Source of the DNA: an uncultured Actinomycetota bacterium
GTDB taxonomy: Bacteria; Actinomycetota; Actinomycetes; JAHEKZ01
Direction: 5' to 3'
DNA length: 64,000 nt
NCBI GenBank assembly: GCA_963743915.1
Contig: CAVURN010000001.1
Coordinates: 224,001-288,000 of the forward strand
The notes beneath the pieces were generated by a model. The model was not told the DNA's origin and did no database searches. It saw nothing but the letters and a program-made list of their open reading frames with translations. The first letter of the stretch is position 1. Each line of letters begins with the position of its first letter. A program made the translations under genes and the position numbers. Positions 13,095 to 25,732 of this stretch are shown here, in pieces.

Positions 13095-13757
13095 GTGCTG
13101 ATCCTCGGGCTCGATACGGCGACAGCCGTCACGACGGTCGCCCTGGCCGAGATCGAGGGTGGTCGCTGCAGCGTGCTGGTCGAACGTGACCACGTCGACG
13201 CCCGCCGTCACGGGGAGGTGCTGCCCGTCCAGATCGATGCGGTGCTGGCGGACGCCGGCGTCGAGCCGAACGAGCTGGGGCTGCTCGCGGTGGGGACCGG
13301 CCCGGGCGCTTTCACCGGTCTCCGGGTAGGGCTGGCGACTGCGGGTGCCATGGGGTTGGCACTGGGGATTCCCGTCCATGGTGTCTGCACCCTCGACACC
13401 CTCGCCTGGGCGACGGGGCGGGCGGCGCCGTTCGCCGTCGCCACCGACGCGCGGCGCCGGGAGCTCTTCTGGGCGCTCTACGACGACGCTGCCACCCGCC
13501 GGGGGGAGCCCATGGTCGGTGCAGCTGAAGCCGCGGCGGAGGCGGCACGCGGGCTGGCCGTCGTATTCCCGTCCGGCACTCCTCTTGTGGAGGCGTTCGA
13601 CGACGTCGTCGAGGCAGAGGGCCCTGGGGCCGCGGCCCTGTGCGCTCTCGTGTCGCACCGGATGGCCCTCGGGCTCGTGCCGGAACCCGCCTCCCCGCGC
13701 TACCTGCGTCGACCGGACGTGACGCCGTCCTCGGGCCCGAAGTCGGTGCTCGGGTGA
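13095..13757 (+). CDS. tsaB: t6A biosynthesis protein TsaB
   Basis: LGLDTAT, GPGAFTGLRVG, DARRRE, PRYLRRPD. Confidence 0.97.
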   Translation: MLILGLDTATAVTTVALAEIEGGRCSVLVERDHVDARRHGEVLPVQIDAVLADAGVEPNELGLLAVGTGPGAFTGLRVGLATAGAMGLALGIPVHGVCTLDTLAWATGRAAPFAVATDARRRELFWALYDDAATRRGEPMVGAAEAAAEAARGLAVVFPSGTPLVEAFDDVVEAEGPGAAALCALVSHRMALGLVPEPASPRYLRRPDVTPSSGPKSVLG

Positions 13758-14225
13758 GCGACATCTCCGTACGACCCATGCGCTGGCCGGACATCCCCTC
13801 CGTGCACCGCATCGAGCAGGCCTCGTTCCCCGAGACCGCCTGGTCGGTGGAGTCGTTCTGGGGTGAGCTGGCGGGCGTTCCTGCCTCGCGGTGGTACCTC
13901 GTCGCGGAGGTGGGTCGGACCGTCGTCGGCTACGGGGGTCTGATGGCCGTCGGTAGCCGAGGGTGACGTGCAGACGCTCGCGGTGGAGGAGTCCCAGCGC
14001 GGGCTCGGGGTCGGTGGTGTCCTGCTCGACGCGCTCGTCGACGAGGCGGTGCGCCGCGGCTGCACCAGCGTGCTGCTCGAGGTGGCGGCGGACAACGCGG
14101 CAGCCCAGACGCTGTACGCCGGCCGCGGCTTTGAGCAGGTGGCGCGCCGGTCGGGCTACTACGGTCCGGGTCGTGACGCCGTCGTGATGCGGCTCTCCGT
14201 GCGTCGAAGCGGGGCGGCGTCGTGA
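13754..14225 (+). CDS. rimI: Ribosomal protein alanine N-acetyltransferase (apparent frameshift near 13957)
   Basis: [18 protein letters not shown] in one frame, [26 protein letters not shown] in the next; lies between tsaB and tsaD. Confidence 0.92.
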
Positions 14226-15271
14226 GCGCCGAGGCGCTGGTCCTCGGGATCGAGACCTCGTGCGACGAGACGGGGGTCGGCGTCGTCAGGGGCACCACGT
14301 TGCTCGCGGACGTCGTCGCCACCAGCGTGGAGGAGCACGCGCGGTTCGGGGGAGTCGTTCCCGAGGTGGCCAGCCGCGCGCATCTGGAGGCCATGGGTCC
14401 GGCCCTGACACGCGCCCTGGACGAGGCGGGGGTGCTGCTGGAAGACCTCGACGCGATCGCGGTCACCGCGGGTCCGGGGCTCGTCGGCGCCCTGCTGGTG
14501 GGTACCGCGACGGCGCAGGCGCTCTCGGTGTCGACGGGGGTGCCGCTTTTTGGCGTCAACCACCTGGCTGCTCACGTCGCCGTCGACCGCCTCGAGCACG
14601 GCCCCCTGCCGGAGCCGGCGATCGCCCTCCTCGTCAGTGGTGGTCACTCCTCGCTTCTCCAGGTCGACGACGTGACGTCGGACGTCATGCTGCTCGGTGC
14701 CTCCATCGACGACGCTGCGGGCGAGGCGTTCGACAAGGTGGGCCGACTGCTCGGGCTGCCCTTCCCGGGGGGACCAGAGATCGACCGGCTCGCCCGCGGG
14801 GGAGAGCCGGACAGCATCGCGTTCCCCCGCGGGCTGACGGCTCCGCACGATCTCGAGCGCCACCGGTTCGACTTCTCCTTCTCCGGGCTGAAGACGGCGG
14901 TGGCCCGTTGGGTCGAGCTGCGTCAGCGGGCAGGCGAGCCGGTTCCGGTCGCCGACGTGGCTGCCGCGTTCCAGGAGGCGGTCGTCGACGTGCTGTCGGC
15001 GAAGGCCGTGGAGGCCTGCCGAGCCCAGGGCGTCGAGCATCTCCTGCTCGGGGGCGGGGTGGCGGCGAACTCGAGGCTCCGCGCCGTGCTGGAGCAGCGG
15101 TGTGCGACAGCGGGACTGACCTTGCGCGTGCCGCGTCCTGCACTGTGCACCGACAACGGGGCGATGGTGGCCGCGCTCGGAGCGGCCCTGGTCGAGTCGG
15201 GAGCCATGCCGACGGCGCTGGGGCTCGGTGCCGAGTCGGGGCTCTCGGTGGAGCGGGTGACCGTCGGCTGA
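14222..15271 (+). CDS. tsaD: t6A transferase TsaD
   Basis: [55 protein letters not shown]. Confidence 0.98.
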   Translation: MSAEALVLGIETSCDETGVGVVRGTTLLADVVATSVEEHARFGGVVPEVASRAHLEAMGPALTRALDEAGVLLEDLDAIAVTAGPGLVGALLVGTATAQALSVSTGVPLFGVNHLAAHVAVDRLEHGPLPEPAIALLVSGGHSSLLQVDDVTSDVMLLGASIDDAAGEAFDKVGRLLGLPFPGGPEIDRLARGGEPDSIAFPRGLTAPHDLERHRFDFSFSGLKTAVARWVELRQRAGEPVPVADVAAAFQEAVVDVLSAKAVEACRAQGVEHLLLGGGVAANSRLRAVLEQRCATAGLTLRVPRPALCTDNGAMVAALGAALVESGAMPTALGLGAESGLSVERVTVG

Positions 15272-15345
15272 CCTGCCACCGCCCTGCGTCAGGACCCCGT
15301 GGACCCGCCGTTCCCAGCGGCCACCTGATCGGGGATGATGGGCGG

Positions 15346-15666
15346 GTGATCGTGCGCATGTGGGAGACCCCCGTCAAGCCGGGGCAGATCGATGCCCTGA
15401 TCGACTACGTCAAGACCGAGGTCTGGCCGGGTGTCACTGGTGCCAAAGGCTTCGTCAGCGGCGAGGTGCTGCGGTCCTACGGCGATGCGGGCGACCGAGT
15501 GCTGCTGGTCACGCGCTGGGAGAACGCTGCGTCCCTGGAGGGCTTTCTCGGACCGGACTGGCAGGCGCACCAGATGACTCCCGTTCCCGCCGAGGAGCCG
15601 CTGCTGGCGGGCTCGCCGTTCGTCGACCACTGGGACCTCGCCTTCCAGACTCCCGTCGACGACTGA
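15346..15666 (+). CDS. Antibiotic biosynthesis monooxygenase (ABM) family protein
   Basis: About 106 aa; MIVRMW..VKPG..GF..GEVLRS..VLLVTRWE pattern. Confidence 0.75.
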   Translation: MIVRMWETPVKPGQIDALIDYVKTEVWPGVTGAKGFVSGEVLRSYGDAGDRVLLVTRWENAASLEGFLGPDWQAHQMTPVPAEEPLLAGSPFVDHWDLAFQTPVDD

Positions 15667-16899
15667 TCACCGCTGTTGCCGCGCCAGAGCCGGCTGCGCG
15701 GGGTGCGCGACCACGACCACCGGGTCGTCGCCGATCCGGGTCAAGAACAACGTCCGCCGTCCCGCCGCTCGGGGGTCGAGTCGCAGCGAACGGCGCAGCT
15801 CATCGACGTCGACCGCTGAACCGCGCTTCTTGACCACGACTCCCCCCACTCCCTGCGCTCGCAGGTGGGCGCGCAGCCGCTTGACGCCAAAGGGCAGCAC
15901 CGCGTGGACCTCGTACGCGGACGCATAGGGCGTGTCGACGGCGGCGTCGGTGGTGAAGTAGGCGATCCGTGGGTCGAGCATGCGACCGTCCACGCGGTCG
16001 ACCACCGCGGCGACCAGGCCGGCGCGGATGACGGCGCCGTCCGGTTCATAGAGGAACGCACCCACCGCGCCGACGGGAGGTGGCCCGGGGGGAAGGTCGG
16101 TGTCGGAGAGGCACGCGCCGGACGGCAGCAGGGTCGCGCTGCGGTGGACGCCGGGATCGCGCAGGTCTCCGCGGTAGAGGCCGGCCTCCACCACGTCGCC
16201 GCGGTCGGACACGACCGCGAACTCGGTCTCGGGGTCCACGGCTGCGTGGTCGAGCCCAGGGGCGACCTTCAGGCCCAGGTCCGCCACGGGAAGCCCCAGC
16301 AGCCAGGACAGGGGAGGCGACCAGTCCTCCGGGCGGGACAGCCGGCGTCCGGCTGACCGGCGCGCCGGGTCCGCGAAGAGAGCGCGATACCCCGCCCAGT
16401 GCTCGCGCGGCAGGTGGAGCACATCGGTGTGCTGCACCCGGATGCGAGCAGCATCGAGGCTGGCGGCGGCGTTGGCCGCGGCCACTGCGGCGGTCACCGC
16501 GTCGGTCTCGAAGCCCTCCACGGCAAGGCCCGCCGCGGCCAGGGCGAGCAGGTCGAGGCCGACCCCGCAGCCCAGGTCGGCGATGCGGGCTCCGGGACCG
16601 AGGCGGGCGAAGCGGGCGGCACGCAGAGCGGCCACCGAGGGTCGCGTTGCCTGCTCGGCGCCGTCCGGCGTCAGGAGCAGGCGGCGGATCAGCGGCTCGG
16701 CGCTGGCTCCCCACCGCTCGGCAGCCTTGGTGCGGAGCCGGGCCTGCGTGAGGGCAGCCGCGACGAGCGCTGGGGGGTGACCGGACGCCCGAAGGCGCTC
16801 CCCGAGGGTCAACGCGTCGGCCGCCGCATAGCGCGGAAGCGCCTCGACGAGCTCCCGACCCGCAGGGCTGGTCAGCAGGGCGACGTCGGAGGGCTCCAC
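15667..16899 (-). CDS. Class I SAM-dependent methyltransferase with THUMP-like C-terminal domain
   Basis: EQAT, ADLGCGVGLD, ADPARR, LYEPDGAVIRAGLV, VKKRG; divergent from groES as in other actinobacteria. Confidence 0.9.
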   Translation of the reverse strand: MEPSDVALLTSPAGRELVEALPRYAAADALTLGERLRASGHPPALVAAALTQARLRTKAAERWGASAEPLIRRLLLTPDGAEQATRPSVAALRAARFARLGPGARIADLGCGVGLDLLALAAAGLAVEGFETDAVTAAVAAANAAASLDAARIRVQHTDVLHLPREHWAGYRALFADPARRSAGRRLSRPEDWSPPLSWLLGLPVADLGLKVAPGLDHAAVDPETEFAVVSDRGDVVEAGLYRGDLRDPGVHRSATLLPSGACLSDTDLPPGPPPVGAVGAFLYEPDGAVIRAGLVAAVVDRVDGRMLDPRIAYFTTDAAVDTPYASAYEVHAVLPFGVKRLRAHLRAQGVGGVVVKKRGSAVDVDELRRSLRLDPRAAGRRTLFLTRIGDDPVVVVAHPAQPALARQQR

Positions 16900-16935
16900 G
16901 CCCCCATCCTGCCGTCCGGGGGGTGGTCGAGACCC

Positions 16936-17008
16936 TTGGCACTCGGCTTGACGGAGTGCTAACGCGTGGCTAGGTTGGGCGTTGGCACTCTCGGTCCGAG
17001 TGTGCCAA
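16936..17008 (+). promoter_or_regulatory. Two CIRCE (HrcA operator) elements upstream of groES
   Basis: TTGGCACTC-N9-GAGTGCTAA (16936-16962) and TTGGCACTC-N9-GTGTGCCAA (16982-17008). Confidence 0.95.
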
Positions 17009-17101
17009 CAGCAAGTGTTCCCGTGCGCCAACCATCCGGCACCGCGACGGCGGTTGGGTGGCGCCAGTCCAACGTTCGACCGCTAGGCGGAGGTCATCTC
17101 A

Positions 17102-17401
17102 GTGTCGGTTTCCATCAAGCCGCTCGAGGACCGCATTCTTGTCCAGGCCCTCGACGCCGAGCAGACCACGGCGTCCGGTCTCGTCATCCCCGACACTGCC
17201 AAGGAGAAGCCCCAGGAGGGCAAGGTCCTGGCAGTGGGTCCCGGGCGATTCGACGAGGACGGCGAGAAGCGCATTCCCCTCGACATCAGCGTCGGCGACG
17301 TCGTCGTGTACAGCAAGTACGGCGGCACCGAGGTCAAGTACGACGGCGAGGAGTACCTCATCCTCTCTGCGCGCGACGTGCTCGCGATCGTGGAGAAGTG
17401 A
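17102..17401 (+). CDS. groES: Co-chaperonin GroES
   Basis: [36 protein letters not shown]. Confidence 0.99.
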   Translation: MSVSIKPLEDRILVQALDAEQTTASGLVIPDTAKEKPQEGKVLAVGPGRFDEDGEKRIPLDISVGDVVVYSKYGGTEVKYDGEEYLILSARDVLAIVEK

Positions 17402-17423
17402 GCCCTTCTCGTTGACAGTCGTG

Positions 17424-17463
17424 GTGACGCCCCGCACACCCCTCACGGGTTGCGGGGCGTCAC
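17424..17463 (+). terminator. Stem-loop between groES and groEL
   Basis: 13-bp perfect arms gtgacgccccgca / tgcggggcgtcac; no U-tract. Confidence 0.6.
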
Positions 17464-17500
17464 GCATCTGACCCCTGGTCCGATTCCGATCCGCCCCTGA

Positions 17501-19152
<1,652 letters not shown>

Positions 19153-19153
<1 letters not shown>

Positions 19154-19330
19154 GCCTGCCGAGTGCGGCGCTGGTGGACGTCAGAGCCTGCCGAGTGCGG
19201 CGCTGGATGACGCTCCGCTGCGTCGAGTGCGCTGCGCACACTCGACTGGCTCCGCCATCATCCAGCGCCGCACTCGGCTTCTGGGCACACTCGGCTACGC
19301 GGAGCAGCACTCAGCTCCACACTCGGCTTG
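19153..19330. repeat. Cluster of direct and nested inverted REP-like repeats between convergent groEL and whiB3
   Basis: agcctgccgagtgcggcgctgg twice (19153, 19185); 21-bp perfect IR 19190-19210 / 19258-19278; further cactcgg cores. Confidence 0.85.
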
Positions 19331-19334
19331 TGGG

Positions 19335-19628
19335 TCAGCCGACGAGCTGAAGGCTCTTGCGACGGTAGAGCGCGTCGCGCTCGTCCTCGGTCATGCCGCC
19401 CCAGACGCCGTACGGTTCGCGTACCGCGAGGGCATGCGCCCCGCACTGCGCGATGACCGGGCAGGAGGCGCACACCGCCTTGGCGGCGCGGTCGCGGGCC
19501 TCGCGGGACGGCCCGCGCTCGCCCTCAGGGTGAAAGAAGATCGCGGGGTCAGCCTCCCGGCAGGCGCCCTGGTACTGCCACTCCCAGATGTCGGCCACCG
19601 GCCCGGGCAGGCGAGAGATGTCAGCCAT
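19335..19628 (-). CDS. whiB3: WhiB3/WhiD-family Fe-S transcriptional regulator
   Basis: WEWQYQGACR, FFHPEGERG, AKAVCASCPV..C, EPYGVWGG; next to groEL1. Confidence 0.93.
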   Translation of the reverse strand: MADISRLPGPVADIWEWQYQGACREADPAIFFHPEGERGPSREARDRAAKAVCASCPVIAQCGAHALAVREPYGVWGGMTEDERDALYRRKSLQLVG

Positions 19629-19782
19629 GGGGTCCTCCTCCAAGACGTGCTTTCCGCCGTCATCGGTGACTCTAATATCGCGTCATAAGTTGGTCAAGTG
19701 TTTCCCGCGAACAATTTATGTGACGGATCCTGAGCCCGGGTGTCGACATGCGGATGCGTCCGTGCACGCGCACAATCAGGGC

Positions 19783-20718
19783 ATGGCTGAACCCGTCGGC
19801 GTCCCCAACACCTCGGCGCCGACGCTCACCGTGGCCGCCCTGGCCCGTCGCCTCGGCGTCGCACCCGCCACGCTGCGCACGTGGGACCGGCGCTACGGCC
19901 TCGGCCCCACCGGTCATGCCGCCGGTGCGCACCGGCGCTACACCCCGAGCGACGTGCGCAGGCTGGAGGCGATGCGTCGGCTCACCTTGGAGGGCATCGC
20001 GCCGGGCGAGGCGGCCCGAGCGGCTTTGGAAGCCGACTCCGAACGTGCGGAAGGCGGCCCTGAGCCAACCCCGCCTGACGGTCAGGACCGAGTCGTCCCG
20101 CTCCACCGCACCGACGCCGTGGTGCGCGGACTGACCCGTGCGGCCCTGGCCCTGGACGCCCGCACCATCGACCGCACCGTGGCCGAGGCCCTCGAGCGGC
20201 ACGGTGTGCTCTGGACGTGGGACGCGTTGGTCGTCCCGATGATGACCGCCGTGGGGGAGCGCTGGGAGTCCTCAGGCAACGGCGTCGATGTCGAGCACCT
20301 GACGTCCGAGAGCATCCTGAGTGCCCTGCGTTCGGTCGGTGCCACGGCTCCGCAGCCGCGGAACGCTCGACCGGTGCTGCTGGCGTGTGCCCCCGAGGAG
20401 CTGCACACGCTGCCACTGGCCGCGCTGTCCGCGGCACTGGCCGAGCGCGGGATCGACGCCAGAGTGCTGGGTGCCCGCGTTCCCAGCGAGGCTCTGGCCG
20501 CCGCCGTCCGCCGCGGAGGCGCCTCCGCCGTCTTCGTGTGGGCGCACCGGAGCTCGCTGGCCGATCCCGAGCAGGTCGAGGCCATCCCCACGATGCGTCC
20601 GCCCGTCTCGGTCGTGGTCGGAGGCCCCGGATGGGAGGGCGCAGTGCCCGAGCGGGCCACCTGGGTCAGCTCTCTCAGTGAGGCCGTCACCGCGCTCCAG
20701 CGCGCAGCCGGCGGCTGA
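19783..20718 (+). CDS. MerR-family regulator with cobalamin-binding domain (CarH/LitR-like)
   Basis: LARRLGVAPATLRTWDRRYG HTH; W-x9-EH (WESSGNGVDVEH); EELH B12-type motif. Confidence 0.85.
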   Translation: MAEPVGVPNTSAPTLTVAALARRLGVAPATLRTWDRRYGLGPTGHAAGAHRRYTPSDVRRLEAMRRLTLEGIAPGEAARAALEADSERAEGGPEPTPPDGQDRVVPLHRTDAVVRGLTRAALALDARTIDRTVAEALERHGVLWTWDALVVPMMTAVGERWESSGNGVDVEHLTSESILSALRSVGATAPQPRNARPVLLACAPEELHTLPLAALSAALAERGIDARVLGARVPSEALAAAVRRGGASAVFVWAHRSSLADPEQVEAIPTMRPPVSVVVGGPGWEGAVPERATWVSSLSEAVTALQRAAGG

Positions 20719-20746
20719 CGCACCGGAGATCGAGAGTCCTACGCGG

Positions 20747-20773
20747 TAAAGCACCTCCCCACCACCTGCCGAA
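20747..20773 (+). promoter_or_regulatory. Putative sigma-28 (FliA/WhiG) promoter
   Basis: TAAA-N17-GCCGAA upstream of the 20846 gene. Confidence 0.55.
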
Positions 20774-20845
20774 ACCACCAGGGGACGTCCTCGGCGCGTC
20801 CCGGCCCGTTGGCCTTCCCGCGTACGTGTCCTCTCGAGGTGACTG

Positions 20846-21754
20846 GTGTCCGACGATCTTGCCGCGCTTCTGGCTGCCGGTGAACGAGCAGCCTTCCACG
20901 GCCGACCGGCCAGCGGCGTGACCGCCTTGGAGTCGGCCTTCGAGCGCGCGCGCGTGGAGGGCAAGGGAGCGGAGGCCACAGCGGCCGCTTGGCTGCTGGG
21001 TGTGTGCCTGGCGGCTGCGGGCAAGTTCGGGGGGTCCTTGGCGGTCCTCGAGCCACTGGTGGCGGCCGGGACGTCGGACGTGCCCGAGCGGCGGCTGTTC
21101 GCGGCGCTGGCCGCCGCCACCTCGGCGTCGGTCCGTCGCCAGCTCGGTCAGCAGGCGGAGGCCAAGGCGCTGGACGAGGCCGCTTACACCTACAGCGACG
21201 GAGCGCCCGAGGCATCCTTCGACGCTCTGGTCGGCCTCGCCGCAGACGCGGTGACGGTCGATGACGCGGTCACGGCGGGTCAGCTGGTGGAGCAGGCGCG
21301 CGCCCTGGCTGCCGGTCACGGAGATTGGTGGCGGCAACGGGTACGGCTGGCGTGGGTCGAAGGCGAAGTGGCCCTGCTCGTCGGCGAGCCCGCCCGGGCC
21401 GAGGAGGTGCTCACCGCCGCCGTACAGCTCGCGGAGGTGTCGGGGGCGCCCCGCCATGTGGCCAAGACGCTGCTGCTCGTGGCCGTCGCCCAGGTCCAGT
21501 CCGGACGGCTGGCGGAGGCCGAAGGCACCTTGCGGCGGGCCGCCACGCTCGCGGAGAGCCTCGGCGCCCTGCCGACGCTGTGGCCGTCGCGGGCGCTGCT
21601 CGGAGCCCTGCTGGAGGAGACCGCTCCCGCGGAGTCGGCGAAGTCGCTGGCGTCCGCCCGTAGCGGCGTCATCGCCATCGCCGACGACCTGCCTGACGAC
21701 CTGCGGGACATCTGGCTGGACCGCCCTGACGTCGCCGCCCTGCTGGGTGGGTGA
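20846..21754 (+). CDS. Helical-repeat (TPR-like) hypothetical protein
   Basis: 302-aa Ala/Leu-rich helical repeats with host-like codon usage. Confidence 0.7.
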   Translation: MSDDLAALLAAGERAAFHGRPASGVTALESAFERARVEGKGAEATAAAWLLGVCLAAAGKFGGSLAVLEPLVAAGTSDVPERRLFAALAAATSASVRRQLGQQAEAKALDEAAYTYSDGAPEASFDALVGLAADAVTVDDAVTAGQLVEQARALAAGHGDWWRQRVRLAWVEGEVALLVGEPARAEEVLTAAVQLAEVSGAPRHVAKTLLLVAVAQVQSGRLAEAEGTLRRAATLAESLGALPTLWPSRALLGALLEETAPAESAKSLASARSGVIAIADDLPDDLRDIWLDRPDVAALLGG

Positions 21755-21796
21755 CGTGACCGAGGATCGTCGCCGAGGAGCCGAGGCATCTGAGCG

Positions 21797-21823
21797 CTCA
21801 CGATCGGGCCCCCACGTGCCGAA
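21797..21823 (+). promoter_or_regulatory. Putative sigma-28 (FliA/WhiG) promoter
   Basis: CTCA-N17-GCCGAA upstream of the bldM-like gene. Confidence 0.55.
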
Positions 21824-21901
21824 AGAAGTCGAGAGACAGTCGGGACCCCCTCACCCGAGAACAGCGACGCGCCCGCATGACGGGCGCTGCAAGGAGGCGC
21901 C

Positions 21902-22513
21902 GTGACCACCGTGCTGGTGTGCGACGACTCACCGCTTGCCCGTGAGACGCTGCGTCGCGCCGTGGCCGCGGTCCCGGGTGTCGACCGGGTGACCGTGGCC
22001 GGCAGCGGCGAAGAGGTGCTGAGCCGGTGGGCGGGGGAACGCCCCGACCTCGTGCTCATGGACGTGCGGATGCCGGGGCTCGGCGGGGTGGAGGCCGCTC
22101 GCCGACTCGTCGCCACCTACCCGGACGCCGCGGTCGTCATGCTGACGATGGCCGAGGACCAGGACGGTGTCGCCCGCGCGGTCGCCAGCGGTTCCCGTGG
22201 GTACCTGGTCAAGGACGCCACCCGCGAAGAGCTGACAGCCACCGTCTCCTACGCCCTTGCCGAGGCCACCTGGCGACGCGTCCCGCGTCGGGCCCAGCCG
22301 GTCGAGATGGGGGCACCGCCCACCCTGACCGAGCGCGAGCTGCAGGTGCTCGGCGGAATGTCCCGGGGACGGAGCAACGCGGAGATCGGCCGGGAGCTCT
22401 ATCTGTCGGAGGACACGGTCAAGACCCACGCCCGTCGACTCTTCCGCAAGGTCGGTGCCGCCGACCGCGCGCAGGCGGTGGCCATGGGGTTCCGCTGGGG
22501 CCTGGTGCGCTGA
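21902..22513 (+). CDS. bldM: BldM-like orphan NarL/LuxR response regulator
   Basis: MTTVLVCDDSPLARE, LMDVRMPGLGGVE, LSEDTVKTHARRLFRK, AMGFRWGLVR; synteny whiB3...guaB. Confidence 0.88.
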   Translation: MTTVLVCDDSPLARETLRRAVAAVPGVDRVTVAGSGEEVLSRWAGERPDLVLMDVRMPGLGGVEAARRLVATYPDAAVVMLTMAEDQDGVARAVASGSRGYLVKDATREELTATVSYALAEATWRRVPRRAQPVEMGAPPTLTERELQVLGGMSRGRSNAEIGRELYLSEDTVKTHARRLFRKVGAADRAQAVAMGFRWGLVR

Positions 22514-22561
22514 CCGACGCGAGGGGGTGAACACGCGGCCACGCGGTGGTCGGGTGATGAC

Positions 22562-23173
22562 ATGAGCAGCGATGTAACGCCACGCTCGGCAGCAGCGATC
22601 CTCCACCGAACGGAGGACGGTGATCTCCGTGACCTCGTCGCACGAGCTGCCGCAGGCGAGAACGAGGCGGCCGAGGCGTTGCTCACCCATCTCCGTCCGC
22701 TGGTGGTTCGCTACTGCCGTGGCCGTCTCGGACGTGCTCCGGCAGCCGACTTTGCCGCAGACGATGCGGCGCAGGAGGTCCTGCTCGCTGTGCTGAACGC
22801 GCTTCCCCGCTACCGGGACGAGGGACGGCCCTTCGAGGCCTTCGTCTTCGGGATTGCCGCGCACAAGGTGGCGGACGTCCAGCGTGCCGCGTTCCGCAAC
22901 GCCATCCCCACCGATGAGATGCCCGACGGGGCCGACTTGAACATGACTCCCGAGGAGCGGGTGGTCCAGGCGGGTGACGTCCAGCTCGCGCAGGCGCTGC
23001 TCGAGCGGCTCCCCGAGTCCTTGCGGGAGCTGCTGCTGCTGCGCGTGGCGGTCGGGCTGTCGGCGGAGGAGACCGGACGGGCGCTCGGGATGACCCCCGG
23101 GGCGGTCCGTGTCGCACAGCACCGGGCTCTGACGCGCCTGCGCGCCTACGCCGCCGAGGAGGTGGCCGTCTGA
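22562..23173 (+). CDS. ECF sigma factor, SigD/ShbA type
   Basis: [44 protein letters not shown]. Confidence 0.92.
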   Translation: MSSDVTPRSAAAILHRTEDGDLRDLVARAAAGENEAAEALLTHLRPLVVRYCRGRLGRAPAADFAADDAAQEVLLAVLNALPRYRDEGRPFEAFVFGIAAHKVADVQRAAFRNAIPTDEMPDGADLNMTPEERVVQAGDVQLAQALLERLPESLRELLLLRVAVGLSAEETGRALGMTPGAVRVAQHRALTRLRAYAAEEVAV

Positions 23174-24103
23174 TGACGCGCACCCCCGACGCCGATGTGC
23201 TTGGCCCTTCAGCATGACGGCGCACTGATCAGTGCCCTGGCGGTGCGCGGTGACCTCGACGGCTTTGCCGACGACCCCATGGCCGAGCCTGCTGGGCGCA
23301 TGGGTGAAGAGCATCGACGCAGGGGATCGACGACAGCGGGTCGTCCTGGGTGGTGCCTGAACAGCCGCCGACGCCGGTCACCCCCATTCGCCACCGGGGA
23401 CGCGCCGGGCTGGTCGCCGGCGTCACCGCAGCAGTTCTGGTGGTCTCCAGCGGTGCAGCCGCTGCTGTCACCGGGGACGCGCTGGCGATCGTGCGCGCGC
23501 CGATCGAGGCCCTCGGGCGGGTCAGCGCCTTCGGAGTGGGACAGGAAGACGCGAAGGACGTCGTCTGCCCCGAACCGGCATCGCCCGTGGCGGAGCCGAA
23601 CAAGCTTCTCGCCGATGCTCAGCGCGCACTGGCACAAGGGGACACCGAGGAGGCTGCCCGGCTCCTGGCCCAGGCTCAGGGGCTGCTCGGCGACGCGGCC
23701 AACCCCGGCCAGCAGCACCGGATCGACAAGCTCACCGCCCAGCTTGGGGACGACCACCAGGCCAGGGCGTGGCAAGGGCAAGGACGCGAACCAGGGCAAG
23801 GGCAAGGACGCCAACCAGGGCAAGGGCAAGGACGCGAACCAGGGCAAGGGCAAGGACGCGAACCAGGGCAAGGGCAAGGACGCGAACCAGGGCAAGGCCA
23901 AGGACGCGAACCAGGGCAAGGCCAAGGGTGCCGACCAGGGCGGCGATGCCGCAGCGGGAGCCACCAGTGGCACGGCAAGGACCGGAGAGCCCAACGAGCC
24001 GGTGGATCCACCGGTGACGCCGGAGGGCACGAGCAAGAGCACGTCCGGCAAGAGCTCGCCCAAGACCAGTGGTCAGGGCAAGTCCGGCGGGCAGAAGACC
24101 TAG
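23173..24103 (+). CDS. RsdA-like anti-sigma factor with repeat tail (split by several apparent indels)
   Basis: Pieces across frames: DGALISALA..DDPMA, LLGAW, TM segment GLVAGVTAAVLVVSSGAAAAV, then GKGKDANQ repeats; directly follows the SigD-like gene. Confidence 0.65.
23771..23938 (+). repeat. 24-bp coding tandem repeat, 7 units (GKGKDANQ)
   Basis: ggcaagggcaaggacgcgaaccag five times (one synonymous variant) plus two degenerate units. Confidence 0.95.
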
Positions 24104-25702
<1,599 letters not shown>

Positions 25703-25732
25703 CGGCGCACCACCTTGGAGAGGTTGTCCCGT

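Noticed and set aside
14260-15345. 468-aa ORF overlapping tsaD
   Set aside because: Only the last 106 codons (ABM protein from 15346) look like a real protein; the rest is an alternative frame of tsaD
23771-23938. Possible CRISPR array
   Set aside because: Units are contiguous with no spacers, are a multiple of 3 inside a coding region, and no cas genes are present
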